A stretch of DNA of 64,000 nucleotides from Spirochaetia bacterium. GTDB taxonomy: Bacteria; Spirochaetota; Leptospiria; Turneriellales; JAOUOS01. Position numbers and translations under genes: made by a program. The stretch lies in the NCBI GenBank assembly GCA_029880265.1, contig JAOUOT010000010.1, positions 10,761-74,760 of the forward strand, in the 5' to 3' direction. Positions 37,938 to 47,380 of the stretch are shown here, piece by piece. Each line of letters starts with the position of its first letter. Positions within the stretch are counted from its first letter, which is position 1. The notes beneath the pieces are model-generated. The model was not told the DNA's origin. It saw only the letters and a program-made list of their open reading frames with translations, and ran no database searches.

Positions 37938-39995
37938 ATGACCCCTATAGCTGAACTTTCTTTTTTATCATCGGCGCAAAAAGCCGCTTTTAAAAAAAGG
38001 GGCGTTAATAATATTCGCGATCTTTTGTTTTATTTTCCGCGAAAATATATTGATCGAAATAAAAAACTTGAAATAAGCAAAATTCAACCCGATGAAATTG
38101 TCACATTCATCGGGTTGATTCAGGCCGCAAAAGTAAATTATGGCAGAAAAAGAAGATTATCGATTACATGCGTTTATGAAAGAAATCTTATCGAAATTAC
38201 TTTTTTTCAGAGAATTTCTTATTATCAAAAAATATTAAAACCCGGCGTCGAGGCCGCGTTTTCAGGAAAAATAGATTTATTCAGGGGCAGACTGTCAATG
38301 ACGCATCCCGAGTTTGAAATCGTAACAGAAGACGACTTTATTCATACGGGAAAAATAATTCCTGTTTATAAAATTACCGAATTAATGCAGAAAAATTTTC
38401 TCACAAGCAGAGTAATTAGAGATACCGTTCATAAAGTATTGAAAAAATATTCGGTTTTTATCGAAGAATATTTGCCCAATGATATTATAAAGAAATACGA
38501 ATTTCAAAGTCTATCGTCTTCTATTGAAACGATGCATTTTCCCGGGTCATGGGAAAATCTATCGGCGGCGAAAAAGAGACTCGCCTTTGACGAGCTCATC
38601 GTTTTTTCTTGTATTATGCATGAAGAAAAAGAAAACAGAAAAAAAATTAAAAAAAAATATAATATAAATTCAAGAGAGTCGGCTAAATACGAAAAAAATA
38701 TATTAGAGAACCTGTCTTTTAAGTTGACCAAAGATCAACAAAAAGCCTGCGATATTTTATATTCTTTGTCTGAGAAACCGTATCCGTTTGCCGCTTTGCT
38801 GCAGGGCGATGTCGGCTGCGGAAAGACGCTGGTAGCTTTGCTTTCGGCTATTCATTATTGTGAAGCGGGAATTCAAACGGCGCTTATGGCGCCTACCGAG
38901 ATTTTAGCCAGACAGCATTACAAAAATTTTTTGTCTTATCTTTCGTCTGTTCCGTTTTTTCCTATTGATATATTATTGGGTGCAGAGAAGGCTAAAGAAA
39001 GAGCTTCTAAACTTGAAAGGCTCAAACGCGGAGAAACAAAGCTTATCATAGGAACGCATAGTCTATTTCAAAATGACGTCGCTTTTTATAACCTCGGTTA
39101 TGTTATTATTGACGAACAGCACCGCTTTGGCGTTGAGCAAAGAGAGGCCCTAAGAGCAAAAGGCGAAAACCCTGATTTGCTGGCCATGACCGCGACGCCT
39201 ATTCCCAGAAGTCTTACGCTTACGCTGTACGGAGATTTAGAGACCGTTCTTATCAAAGAAAAACCCGCCGGCAGAAAGCCTATTGAAACAAAGCTTTTTG
39301 ACGAATTTGAACTTTCTCGCCTGTATAAAGGCGTTAAAAAATATGTGGATGAAGGCAGGCAGGCGTATATCGTTTATCCGGTAATTGACGAAAGCGAAAA
39401 TATTGCGTGGGCCTCATTAATGGCAGATTATGAAAAACTGGAAAAAAATGAATTTAAAGGTTACCGTTTAGGCATTTTGCACGGACGTTTAAGCGGCGAA
39501 GAAAAAGAAAGGGCTATGCAGAAATTTAAAGAAGGGCTCATTCAAATTCTTATCGCTACAACGGTCGTAGAGGTCGGGGTTGACGTTGCTAACGCTACGG
39601 TAATGCTGATTAGAAACGCTGAAAGGTTCGGCTTATCGCAGCTGCATCAGCTTAGGGGGCGCGTAGGCAGAGCAGACTTAAAAAGTTTTTGCATACTCGT
39701 AAAATCAAACAAAATAACCATAGAGGCCGAAAAAAGATTAGAAGCGATGATAGAATCTGAAGACGGATTTTATTTGGCGCAAAAAGATCTTGAAATAAGG
39801 GGCCCCGGAGAGCTTTTAGGCATAAAGCAGGCAGGTTTTTCAGAATTTAAGGTCGCAGACTTAAGATATCATTCAGACCTGGCAGAAAAAGCAAATCAGA
39901 CAATATTAGAAGTTCCGTCTCTTCGAGAAAAAATTAAATCAATTAAAAACTGGCAAAAAGATTTAAAAAAAGGGTTTCTTATTATGCAAAACTAA
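37938..39995 (+). CDS. recG: ATP-dependent DNA helicase RecG
   Basis: LQGDVGCGKT, MAPTEILA, DEQHRFGV, MTATPIPR, QLHQLRGRVGR, DLEIRGPGE. Confidence 0.98.
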   Translation: MTPIAELSFLSSAQKAAFKKRGVNNIRDLLFYFPRKYIDRNKKLEISKIQPDEIVTFIGLIQAAKVNYGRKRRLSITCVYERNLIEITFFQRISYYQKILKPGVEAAFSGKIDLFRGRLSMTHPEFEIVTEDDFIHTGKIIPVYKITELMQKNFLTSRVIRDTVHKVLKKYSVFIEEYLPNDIIKKYEFQSLSSSIETMHFPGSWENLSAAKKRLAFDELIVFSCIMHEEKENRKKIKKKYNINSRESAKYEKNILENLSFKLTKDQQKACDILYSLSEKPYPFAALLQGDVGCGKTLVALLSAIHYCEAGIQTALMAPTEILARQHYKNFLSYLSSVPFFPIDILLGAEKAKERASKLERLKRGETKLIIGTHSLFQNDVAFYNLGYVIIDEQHRFGVEQREALRAKGENPDLLAMTATPIPRSLTLTLYGDLETVLIKEKPAGRKPIETKLFDEFELSRLYKGVKKYVDEGRQAYIVYPVIDESENIAWASLMADYEKLEKNEFKGYRLGILHGRLSGEEKERAMQKFKEGLIQILIATTVVEVGVDVANATVMLIRNAERFGLSQLHQLRGRVGRADLKSFCILVKSNKITIEAEKRLEAMIESEDGFYLAQKDLEIRGPGELLGIKQAGFSEFKVADLRYHSDLAEKANQTILEVPSLREKIKSIKNWQKDLKKGFLIMQN

Positions 39996-39999
39996 TGCG

Positions 40000-40860
40000 T
40001 TATTTTTTAACGCATTTAATAAATCTGTTTTTTTCAGATAAATCTTTTTTAATTTCAATATCTGAAAATCCCGCTTCTGATAATAAATTTCTTTTAAGTT
40101 CAATCAAAAGAGGGTTTGTTTCTAAATAAAAAGTTCCGCCGCCTTTTAACAGGCTAAAAACGTTTTGAAAAAAAGTCTTAAAAAATACTTCGGGATTTTT
40201 TACAAGCAGCCCTTTTTTTGGTTCAAAGTCTTTTACGCTTTTGTCTAATTGCTTAAACTCGTCTATTAATACATAGGGGGGGTTTGATACGGCCATATCA
40301 AATGGTCTGAAATCTTTCATGTTTAAAAAATTATTTTTAATATATTCAATATTGGCCGCGTCATTTAAAATGAGTTTTTCAACATTCTTTTGACAAACTT
40401 TAAGAGCCTTTCTTGAAATATCAATAAAGGTCAAACAATTGATATTTAATTCTAAGAAAAGAGTAATGCCTATACAGCCCGAACCGCAGCCGATATCGAT
40501 TAGGTCTAATTTTTCTTTTTTTTCTTTTGAAGTATTGTAAATAATCCATTCTATGAGTTCTTCTGTTTCGGGCCGGGGAATGAGAACATTCTTGTTGACG
40601 AGAAAATTTCGAGAGAAAAATTCTTTTTCGCCGGTAATATAAGCCGTAGGATATCCCTTGATCTTTTTTTTAAATAAGCTTTTTAAAGTTCTATAATCTC
40701 TTGAACTTATTACCTCTTTTTCTTTTGTGAAAATCTGCGTAGGAAGCAGATTTAACGCTCTGCAAAACAAGATGCGCGTTTCAAGGCGGGCATTTTCAAT
40801 TTTATAATCTTTCAAATAATTTTCAAATACCGTAAAAGCTTCTTTTATAGTCAAGTTCAT
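40000..40860 (-). CDS. prmC: Release factor glutamine methyltransferase
   Basis: YITGEKEF, VLIPRPETE, DIGCGSGCI, SNPPY. Confidence 0.96.
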   Translation of the reverse strand: MNLTIKEAFTVFENYLKDYKIENARLETRILFCRALNLLPTQIFTKEKEVISSRDYRTLKSLFKKKIKGYPTAYITGEKEFFSRNFLVNKNVLIPRPETEELIEWIIYNTSKEKKEKLDLIDIGCGSGCIGITLFLELNINCLTFIDISRKALKVCQKNVEKLILNDAANIEYIKNNFLNMKDFRPFDMAVSNPPYVLIDEFKQLDKSVKDFEPKKGLLVKNPEVFFKTFFQNVFSLLKGGGTFYLETNPLLIELKRNLLSEAGFSDIEIKKDLSEKNRFIKCVKK

Positions 40861-41026
40861 AAATTTCAGTTAAGAAAGAGTATCAAAAGATTAAAAAGCA
40901 AACCTCTTTGACTTTAGAAAATATCTTTTGATGTCATGATTCATGTTCATAATTGAAACAATAATGAAAAATCATTGTCTGCATGAATAGTAATTTTTTA
41001 TTTTCCTATAGTTGAGAAGTTAAAAT

Positions 41027-42085
41027 ATGAATAATCGAAAACTTGCTAAAAGTCTTTTGCAGAAATATAGGCCCTCGTCTTCTATTCTGCCTAAAATAAA
41101 AACCTTTATTGAAAAAAACAAGAGATTTATTTTAACGACGCATATAGGTGCCGATCCCGACGGGTTATCAAGTGAAGTGGCCCTCTATTATTTATTAAAA
41201 AAATTAAAAAAAGAAGTAATTATATTAAATTGCGAAAAACCCCCCGAGCTTTTAACGTTTATTGACTTTGAAAATAAAATTAATTTTATTAAAGATCATT
41301 ATAAAGACTATAATCGCTGGCGCGCAAAACTAAACGATTATGCGTTAATTGTTCTCGATTGTTCCGAATTAAAGCGCCTTGACTGCATATCAAATTTAAT
41401 CAGAGATTTAAATATAAACTGGATATCTATCGACCATCACTTAACTCCGGTTAAAAAAAACCTGTTTATAGATACGTCGTATCCGGCGACTACCGAAATT
41501 ATATGGGATTTGTTTCATTATATGAAAATTCCTCTAAATAAGAATATCGCCAATATTTTATACGCGGGTCTTATCGCAGACAGCGGCAACTTCAGATACA
41601 ACAAAACCTCGTTTCGAACCCACCTTGCCGCAGGAGAGCTATTAGAATTCGGTATTGATTCTGATTTGATGTATAAAAAAATATTTGAGGCGCATCCGCC
41701 CGACAGGCTCGTATTATTAAAAAGATTACTTAAAAAAATGACTTTAAATAAAGAGTTTGGCTATGTTTTTGCTGAATATAAAAAAAACGCCGGCAAGAAT
41801 CTTGACCTGGGAGATTCTGCGACTGACGGCATTGTCAATACGCTATTAGCGGTAAGAGATATTAAAATTGCTGCCTTAATCACCGAAACCATAGAAGGCG
41901 AATTAAAGTGCTCATTGCGCTCGATAGGAGACGTAAATGTCGCTAAAATTGCCGAGAATTTCGGAGGCGGGGGACATAAAAACGCCGCGGGATGCCGAAT
42001 TCAAGAGCCTTACAAAAAAGCAAAAAAGAAAATAGTAGCGGGTATTGAAAATTATCTTAAAGGCGTTGAAGCCGAGCAAAAATAA
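41027..42085 (+). CDS. nrnA: DHH/DHHA1 phosphoesterase (NrnA-like oligoribonuclease/PAP phosphatase)
   Basis: H..ADPDG, IDHH, DSGNF, SLRS, GGGGHKNAAG. Confidence 0.9.
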   Translation: MNNRKLAKSLLQKYRPSSSILPKIKTFIEKNKRFILTTHIGADPDGLSSEVALYYLLKKLKKEVIILNCEKPPELLTFIDFENKINFIKDHYKDYNRWRAKLNDYALIVLDCSELKRLDCISNLIRDLNINWISIDHHLTPVKKNLFIDTSYPATTEIIWDLFHYMKIPLNKNIANILYAGLIADSGNFRYNKTSFRTHLAAGELLEFGIDSDLMYKKIFEAHPPDRLVLLKRLLKKMTLNKEFGYVFAEYKKNAGKNLDLGDSATDGIVNTLLAVRDIKIAALITETIEGELKCSLRSIGDVNVAKIAENFGGGGHKNAAGCRIQEPYKKAKKKIVAGIENYLKGVEAEQK

Positions 42086-42097
42086 GAATAATATAAA

Positions 42098-43489
42098 TTA
42101 ATCTTTTTTCACAAGCTGGATGGTTTTTTTGGCCGTTAAAATGATTGTCGGAAGCAGCGAAAAACATCCAGCTAAAAGCGCCGTCGCAAATATTAAACTC
42201 AATTTTTCTTTGGCCGTAATAAGAAGATTATTTTGATTAATGATCGTTTCGCCAATTAAGGGCAGATTTTTTGCGCTTTGCTGAATATAGACAAACATAT
42301 TTTCTGAAATATAAAAAGCGGCCAGAGAATAAATGAATCCCCAGATTGCGCCCTCAAGAAACATTATGAACCAAATAAAGTAAATTGAACTCCCGAAAAC
42401 CATACATAGGCCAAATTCATATTTATTTTTAATTGCGATGAGCGAAAACGAGTTAAACAATGAAATTAAACTGACGATTAAAAGAATAAGAGCCGCCGAC
42501 CAGAAAATAATATCTATTTGACTTAATTTTTCGTATAACTGAGAATATTCAGTTTCTCTCTCATTTAAAAGATATCCCCGTTTTTGCGCTATTTTTCTTA
42601 TCTCTTCGGCTTTTTCGGTATTTGACGCCGTTATAAATACCTGATCATATGAGTTTAAAGCGTTTATCATTTTCCATTGACGGTGTTTGCCCTGAACCCA
42701 TAAAAGAGGAACCCCAGCCGAAGAGATAAACCGGTCGGGCACAAATCCGCATAATTTTATATTCACTATTTCTTTTAATTCGGCGTTTCTCATTAAAACA
42801 CTTCTGCCTATTTGAACGGGCATTTCTATGCCAATGGCGCTTTCTTTTTTTATAACCGGAATAGACGGAATCATTACGGCATACGACTGAATCAAGTCAA
42901 TATAAGACTCGGGAACCACAATTGGTATGACGGTTCTTTGTCCGCCTTTTGGCAAGATTTTACGCTTTGGCCTGAAATCATTCATGCATGACAGATAGGG
43001 TTTTACGACAGACGCGTCTATTCCCTGAAAGATCATATCCATTTGAAAAGCGACGCTTGAAAGAGCCGGATGTTCGACGTACATCAGGGCGGGCGACTGT
43101 AAAACTTGGGTATAAGTTACTTTTTCAACGTGGGGCCATTTTTTCATTTCGCGAATTTGGCGGGTAGAGATTCCCATATTGACCCCTTGCTTTGAGCCGA
43201 ATAGAGAAAACAAAAGAGATTTTTCGGGAGCTTTTTTTGATTTTATTTTTATAAATTCTGCGGGAAGAGAAGTTTTCAGCGTCTCTATAAACTTTGATTT
43301 CAGGGGGCGAATCATGCCTAGAGAAAAAATTAAAATTATAAGCGTTAGAAAAAGGCCGAAGGTGGCGGCAATGTTTTTAAGAGCGTGTTTTTTAAGCAAA
43401 AAAATAATCAGATAAATTCTTTTGAAAAGAAAAGAGAAAAGAATATTCAGGTATAAAATCATTTTTCTAAAAATAATATTTTCTTTCAT
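42098..43489 (-). CDS. ABC transporter permease (FtsX/MacB-like)
   Basis: One N-terminal TM, large periplasmic domain, three C-terminal TMs. Overlaps the ATPase gene. Confidence 0.8.
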   Translation of the reverse strand: MKENIIFRKMILYLNILFSFLFKRIYLIIFLLKKHALKNIAATFGLFLTLIILIFSLGMIRPLKSKFIETLKTSLPAEFIKIKSKKAPEKSLLFSLFGSKQGVNMGISTRQIREMKKWPHVEKVTYTQVLQSPALMYVEHPALSSVAFQMDMIFQGIDASVVKPYLSCMNDFRPKRKILPKGGQRTVIPIVVPESYIDLIQSYAVMIPSIPVIKKESAIGIEMPVQIGRSVLMRNAELKEIVNIKLCGFVPDRFISSAGVPLLWVQGKHRQWKMINALNSYDQVFITASNTEKAEEIRKIAQKRGYLLNERETEYSQLYEKLSQIDIIFWSAALILLIVSLISLFNSFSLIAIKNKYEFGLCMVFGSSIYFIWFIMFLEGAIWGFIYSLAAFYISENMFVYIQQSAKNLPLIGETIINQNNLLITAKEKLSLIFATALLAGCFSLLPTIILTAKKTIQLVKKD

Positions 43490-44184
43490 GTTTTTATTTT
43501 TCTTTTTTTGTCTTTAATTTTAATTAATTTGCCATTTTCAAGGCTTAAAATCATATCTGATTTTTCTTTAATAAGATTGCTATGCGTTACGCATATAATG
43601 GTAAAATTTTCTTTTTTCAGATTTAAGAGCAAAGATAATATCTCTTTTTCTGTTTTTTCGTCAAGGTTTCCCGTCGGTTCGTCTAATAAAAGCAAGGGCG
43701 GTTTTAAAAGAAGGGCCCTGCCTAATGCCGTTCTTTGGGCCTCGCCTCCTGAAATATCTTTCGGATAAGCGTCTTTTCTGTGCAGAATTCCGAGTTTGTT
43801 CATGACCTCTAAAATTTCGATTTTCTTCACTTTTTTTGAAGTAAAAAAAGACGGAAACTGTATATTGCGATATACGCTCAGGTAAGAAACTAATCTGAAA
43901 TCTTGAAACACATAGCCGATATTTTCTTTGCGGAACTTTCCCATTTTAAATTCGCCGGCCCTGTGGTAAGGCTTATCTTTAAAGAAATATTCTCCTTTTT
44001 GTGCTTTTAGAAAACCTCCTAATAAATAAAGCAGGGTACTTTTTCCCGAGCCCGATTTGCCTATAAGGCTTACCATAGAGCCTTGATTTATTTCAAGATT
44101 TATTTCATTTAAAATATTTCTTTTGCCGTATGAAAAAGAAATATTTTTTAAAAGTATCATTTGCGAGGCGGTCTTTTCTTTCAT
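43486..44184 (-). CDS. ABC transporter ATP-binding protein (LolD/MacB-like)
   Basis: GKSGSGKST, ISGGEAQR, LLDEPTGNLD, VTH. Confidence 0.95.
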   Translation of the reverse strand: MKEKTASQMILLKNISFSYGKRNILNEINLEINQGSMVSLIGKSGSGKSTLLYLLGGFLKAQKGEYFFKDKPYHRAGEFKMGKFRKENIGYVFQDFRLVSYLSVYRNIQFPSFFTSKKVKKIEILEVMNKLGILHRKDAYPKDISGGEAQRTALGRALLLKPPLLLLDEPTGNLDEKTEKEILSLLLNLKKENFTIICVTHSNLIKEKSDMILSLENGKLIKIKDKKRKIKT

Positions 44185-45218
44185 ATTTGAAATACCGATA
44201 TGTTTTTGTATGGTATATTTTGAACAGGATTATATAGGCATATGACTTCGGTTTTTTTATCTTTTTGTATGTTAAATATCACTTGCGTTAAATGTTCACG
44301 CAATAAAAAAATTCCTCTGCCGTGTGTATCTGATAAGCCTTTCGGCAGTCCCGTTTCTGAACAAAGAGCCGTATGCCGGTAAAGACGGTATAGTATTTCT
44401 TTCTTAGATAAAGAGCCGTGCGGATCCTGGCAGACTAAAATTATCCAATCGTTATAAAAGCCGTATTGAAGAATAAAAGCGTCTTCGTCTTGCAAAACAA
44501 TATTTTCATGCGGAATCAGTTTGTCTGATTCTTCTATTATTTCCTGATATTTATAACTGCCGTCTTTGTGGCGTGGAGCTCTTATCATGGCATTGGCGGT
44601 AATTTCGTCTAAAACAAGCTTGCTTAAAGAAATCGGTATTTTTTTCTTATCTTTTAGAATTTTACAGATTCTTTCAGTCCACATAATCTTATCGTTCATG
44701 CTTCTAATGATTACGCTGTAGACTTCTTTATTTTCAGGCTCAATTGTTCTTTTCATTTCGGGAGGGAAGTAAATCTTAATATCATTAAAATACTTTTCTA
44801 TGCCGAAGATATCCTGAGTTATGCTTTTATAGGCCATTACAAAAATATCGTGAAGGCTTAAATTTGAATGTTTCGTCATTACCTGATCAATTTCTTCGTT
44901 TTTTATAAATTCTATATAGTCATTTATATCGTAAGAGGTTATTAAAGCTATTTTAGTTTTGAGATTCTTTTTTTTTATGATCTTGACAAGTTCCAGACCG
45001 CTTTTATCAGATAAATTAATATCAGAAATAACTAAATCATAAGGTTTTTTCTCTTCTATTGACTTTTGAATCAAGTCTTCAGCGTTTGTTAAAGAATCCG
45101 TTGCGTCGACGATAAAATAGGGCATTAAATAATCTTTAATCGCCAATAATATTGATTCTACGTCTTCTACAATAAGAATCTTATATTTTTTCAGGTCTTC
45201 AAAATCTTTAACGGGCAT
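44181..45218 (-). CDS. Response regulator with C-terminal HATPase_c (RsbW-like) output domain
   Basis: REC (IVED, SDINL..SGLE), then LDEITANA, QDPHG, HGRGIFLL. Confidence 0.8.
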   Translation of the reverse strand: MPVKDFEDLKKYKILIVEDVESILLAIKDYLMPYFIVDATDSLTNAEDLIQKSIEEKKPYDLVISDINLSDKSGLELVKIIKKKNLKTKIALITSYDINDYIEFIKNEEIDQVMTKHSNLSLHDIFVMAYKSITQDIFGIEKYFNDIKIYFPPEMKRTIEPENKEVYSVIIRSMNDKIMWTERICKILKDKKKIPISLSKLVLDEITANAMIRAPRHKDGSYKYQEIIEESDKLIPHENIVLQDEDAFILQYGFYNDWIILVCQDPHGSLSKKEILYRLYRHTALCSETGLPKGLSDTHGRGIFLLREHLTQVIFNIQKDKKTEVICLYNPVQNIPYKNISVFQI

Positions 45219-45234
45219 TTTTAATTAACGATTT

Positions 45235-46371
45235 TCAATAAAATTTTAATCGAAATCGCGTGTGTTTTCCTCTTGAGTCTGTTTCAATAACGGCGTTGTG
45301 TTCGAATAATATTTTCTGAACCAGAAACAATCCTAATCCGCTTCCGCTTTTTCCTTTCTTAGTCGTAAAATAAGGATCAAAAATTCGGCTGATAATATCG
45401 CCCGAAATTCCGCCTGCGTTATCGATGTATTGAACCTCTAAGAACTTTTTATCGTCTTCTGATTTTGAGTCATTTGCCATTCTGCCTATAAGCCATACGG
45501 TTACAGTAGATTCGGGTTCGGCAGCTTCTAAGCTATTTTTAAATAAGTTAATAAAAACCTGTATTATTTTAGACTTATTTCCGCTGATTTGATAGTCTTT
45601 TCCCAGGCGCCATTTAAATTGAATTTTTAATTTCTTTTTATAAATTCGTTTAATTTCTTTTATTGACTCTCTAAGAGTTTCATAAATTATTATTTTATCA
45701 ATCTCATAAGTTTCTTTTGTATGAAAGCTTTTAATGTCAGATATTATATGCGATGTTTTTTTTAAATCTGTCTTTAAAAGCCTGATTTTATTTTTAATAT
45801 AATCGCTGTTTATTGAAACTTCTTTGTCAATTTTTTCTTCTATATTTTGAAGCGTTAAACTTAAACCCGTTAAGGGGTTTGCAAGTTCATGCGCTACAGA
45901 TTGAATTAATGTGCCCAAGGCTATTAGTTTCGAATTTCGGGCATATTCTTCTTCGTCTTGACGGTAACGCGTTATATCAGATATAACTTCAATGACGACT
46001 GGCTTATTCTCGTCATCATATACGATATGCTGTTTGATATTAAAATATCGAAGTCTGCCTACAGGGTCGTCGGGTTCTTCAATCGAGATCTCAAACGAAT
46101 TGTTTAAATTATTTTTAATAGACGCTGCATTATTGTCAAAGATATTACAAAAATCGCAGGGTTCTTTTCTTGAAAATAACGCCTTATAGCATAAATGTTT
46201 TTCGAGTTCTTTGCGTTTTTTCTTTCCTGAAAAATCTAGCGCCGGCTTATTCGCGTTAATAATTTTTCTTGAACTGTTTACGGCAAAAATGAGATCATTT
46301 GAATAATCAAACAAGTTTTGCGAATTTATCTGCATTATAGCACGAAACTTTATAGAGGGTTTCGTTGACAA
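45235..46371 (-). CDS. Cytoplasmic PAS sensor histidine kinase (start probably ATG 46335)
   Basis: PAS with CY....R.EPC.FC, AHELANPL, NLFKNS, DNAGGI, FTTK, GSGLGL. Confidence 0.92.
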   Translation of the reverse strand: MSTKPSIKFRAIMQINSQNLFDYSNDLIFAVNSSRKIINANKPALDFSGKKKRKELEKHLCYKALFSRKEPCDFCNIFDNNAASIKNNLNNSFEISIEEPDDPVGRLRYFNIKQHIVYDDENKPVVIEVISDITRYRQDEEEYARNSKLIALGTLIQSVAHELANPLTGLSLTLQNIEEKIDKEVSINSDYIKNKIRLLKTDLKKTSHIISDIKSFHTKETYEIDKIIIYETLRESIKEIKRIYKKKLKIQFKWRLGKDYQISGNKSKIIQVFINLFKNSLEAAEPESTVTVWLIGRMANDSKSEDDKKFLEVQYIDNAGGISGDIISRIFDPYFTTKKGKSGSGLGLFLVQKILFEHNAVIETDSRGKHTRFRLKFY

Positions 46372-46406
46372 GAAATTTTTAAGCGCCAGATTTGTTTTGA
46401 TTATAA

Positions 46407-46433
46407 AGAAACCGGCATATTAGGCCGGTTTCT
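46407..46433 (-). terminator. Rho-independent terminator after the fcpB-like gene
   Basis: AGAAACCGGC-7 nt-GCCGGTTTCT stem followed by a T-rich tail on the minus strand. Confidence 0.65.
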
Positions 46434-46450
46434 CTGTTTCATGACTCTTT

Positions 46451-47131
46451 TTAGTAGCCCGCCAAAGATTTTTTTAAGTCTTCAATCAGGTTATCGGTTG
46501 TGCTTGTTCCGTATCTCGCCTGATATCCTATGGTATACGTGTACATCTTCTGAAAATATGCTAGATTTTTTAAATAAAATTCTCTTTTGAATTTAATTCT
46601 TAAAGGGTTACTTATTGTGTTTTGCATACTTTTTAAGGCTACCGTTATAGGTCTTCCGTCGTTAAAAATATTGGTAATTTCAATATCTTGCGAATCTTCA
46701 GTTTGAGGGCTCGGATCTACAACTTTATTTTCAATCTTGGTCTGTTGTTGAAAATTTTCTTCAATCACCGTAGTCTCGATTTTTTTAAGAGAGTTTCCGC
46801 TGTAGTATAGCCTCATTATTTTAGATTTCATGCCGACAACCTCTCCTGTATTTCTGGTGTGGTTGATAAACGAATAGCTTTCAAGCTCTATGTAATCTTC
46901 TGCCTGACGAAATCTTGTTTGAGCCGGAGAATAATTTACGTCTTTTCCTTTTAACGAATAAAAGTCTGTAAACTCTTTGTTCATATCTACTATTTTTTTA
47001 TCCAATTTTTTTTCGGTTTCTTCAAGCTCTTTAGACAATTGACTGTCGTCGCTTTTTGCTTTTTGAGAGTAAAGCTGGGTGATAAAAAGCGTCGCCATAA
47101 TCATTCCCGTTATTAATGGTTTAGTTCTCAT
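46451..47131 (-). CDS. fcpB: Flagellar-coiling sheath protein FcpB-like
   Basis: Signal peptide. Blocks ETEKKLDKKI, IELESYSFI, SKIMRLYY, NTISNPLRIKFKREFYLKNL and LKKSL match my recollection of Leptospira FcpB. Strong RBS and its own terminator. Confidence 0.7.
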   Translation of the reverse strand: MRTKPLITGMIMATLFITQLYSQKAKSDDSQLSKELEETEKKLDKKIVDMNKEFTDFYSLKGKDVNYSPAQTRFRQAEDYIELESYSFINHTRNTGEVVGMKSKIMRLYYSGNSLKKIETTVIEENFQQQTKIENKVVDPSPQTEDSQDIEITNIFNDGRPITVALKSMQNTISNPLRIKFKREFYLKNLAYFQKMYTYTIGYQARYGTSTTDNLIEDLKKSLAGY

Positions 47132-47380
47132 GATCTTCCTTCCTTCTTTTTTATTAATTCATTATACTTTATAATGACGAAACAAAGTTATTTTTAATAA
47201 CAATATTTTTTTATATTACCATATTTTTTCTGAGTTTAATCGATATTTTCTCATTTTGCCCAAGATTTTCTATGTATTCTTGTTTTATCTTATTAAAACC
47301 TTTAAAAAACGGCAACAATTGTTTTCTATATAAAGAAAATAATGCCCATAAACGGCCCGAAAATTTCGCCTATCTAGGTT

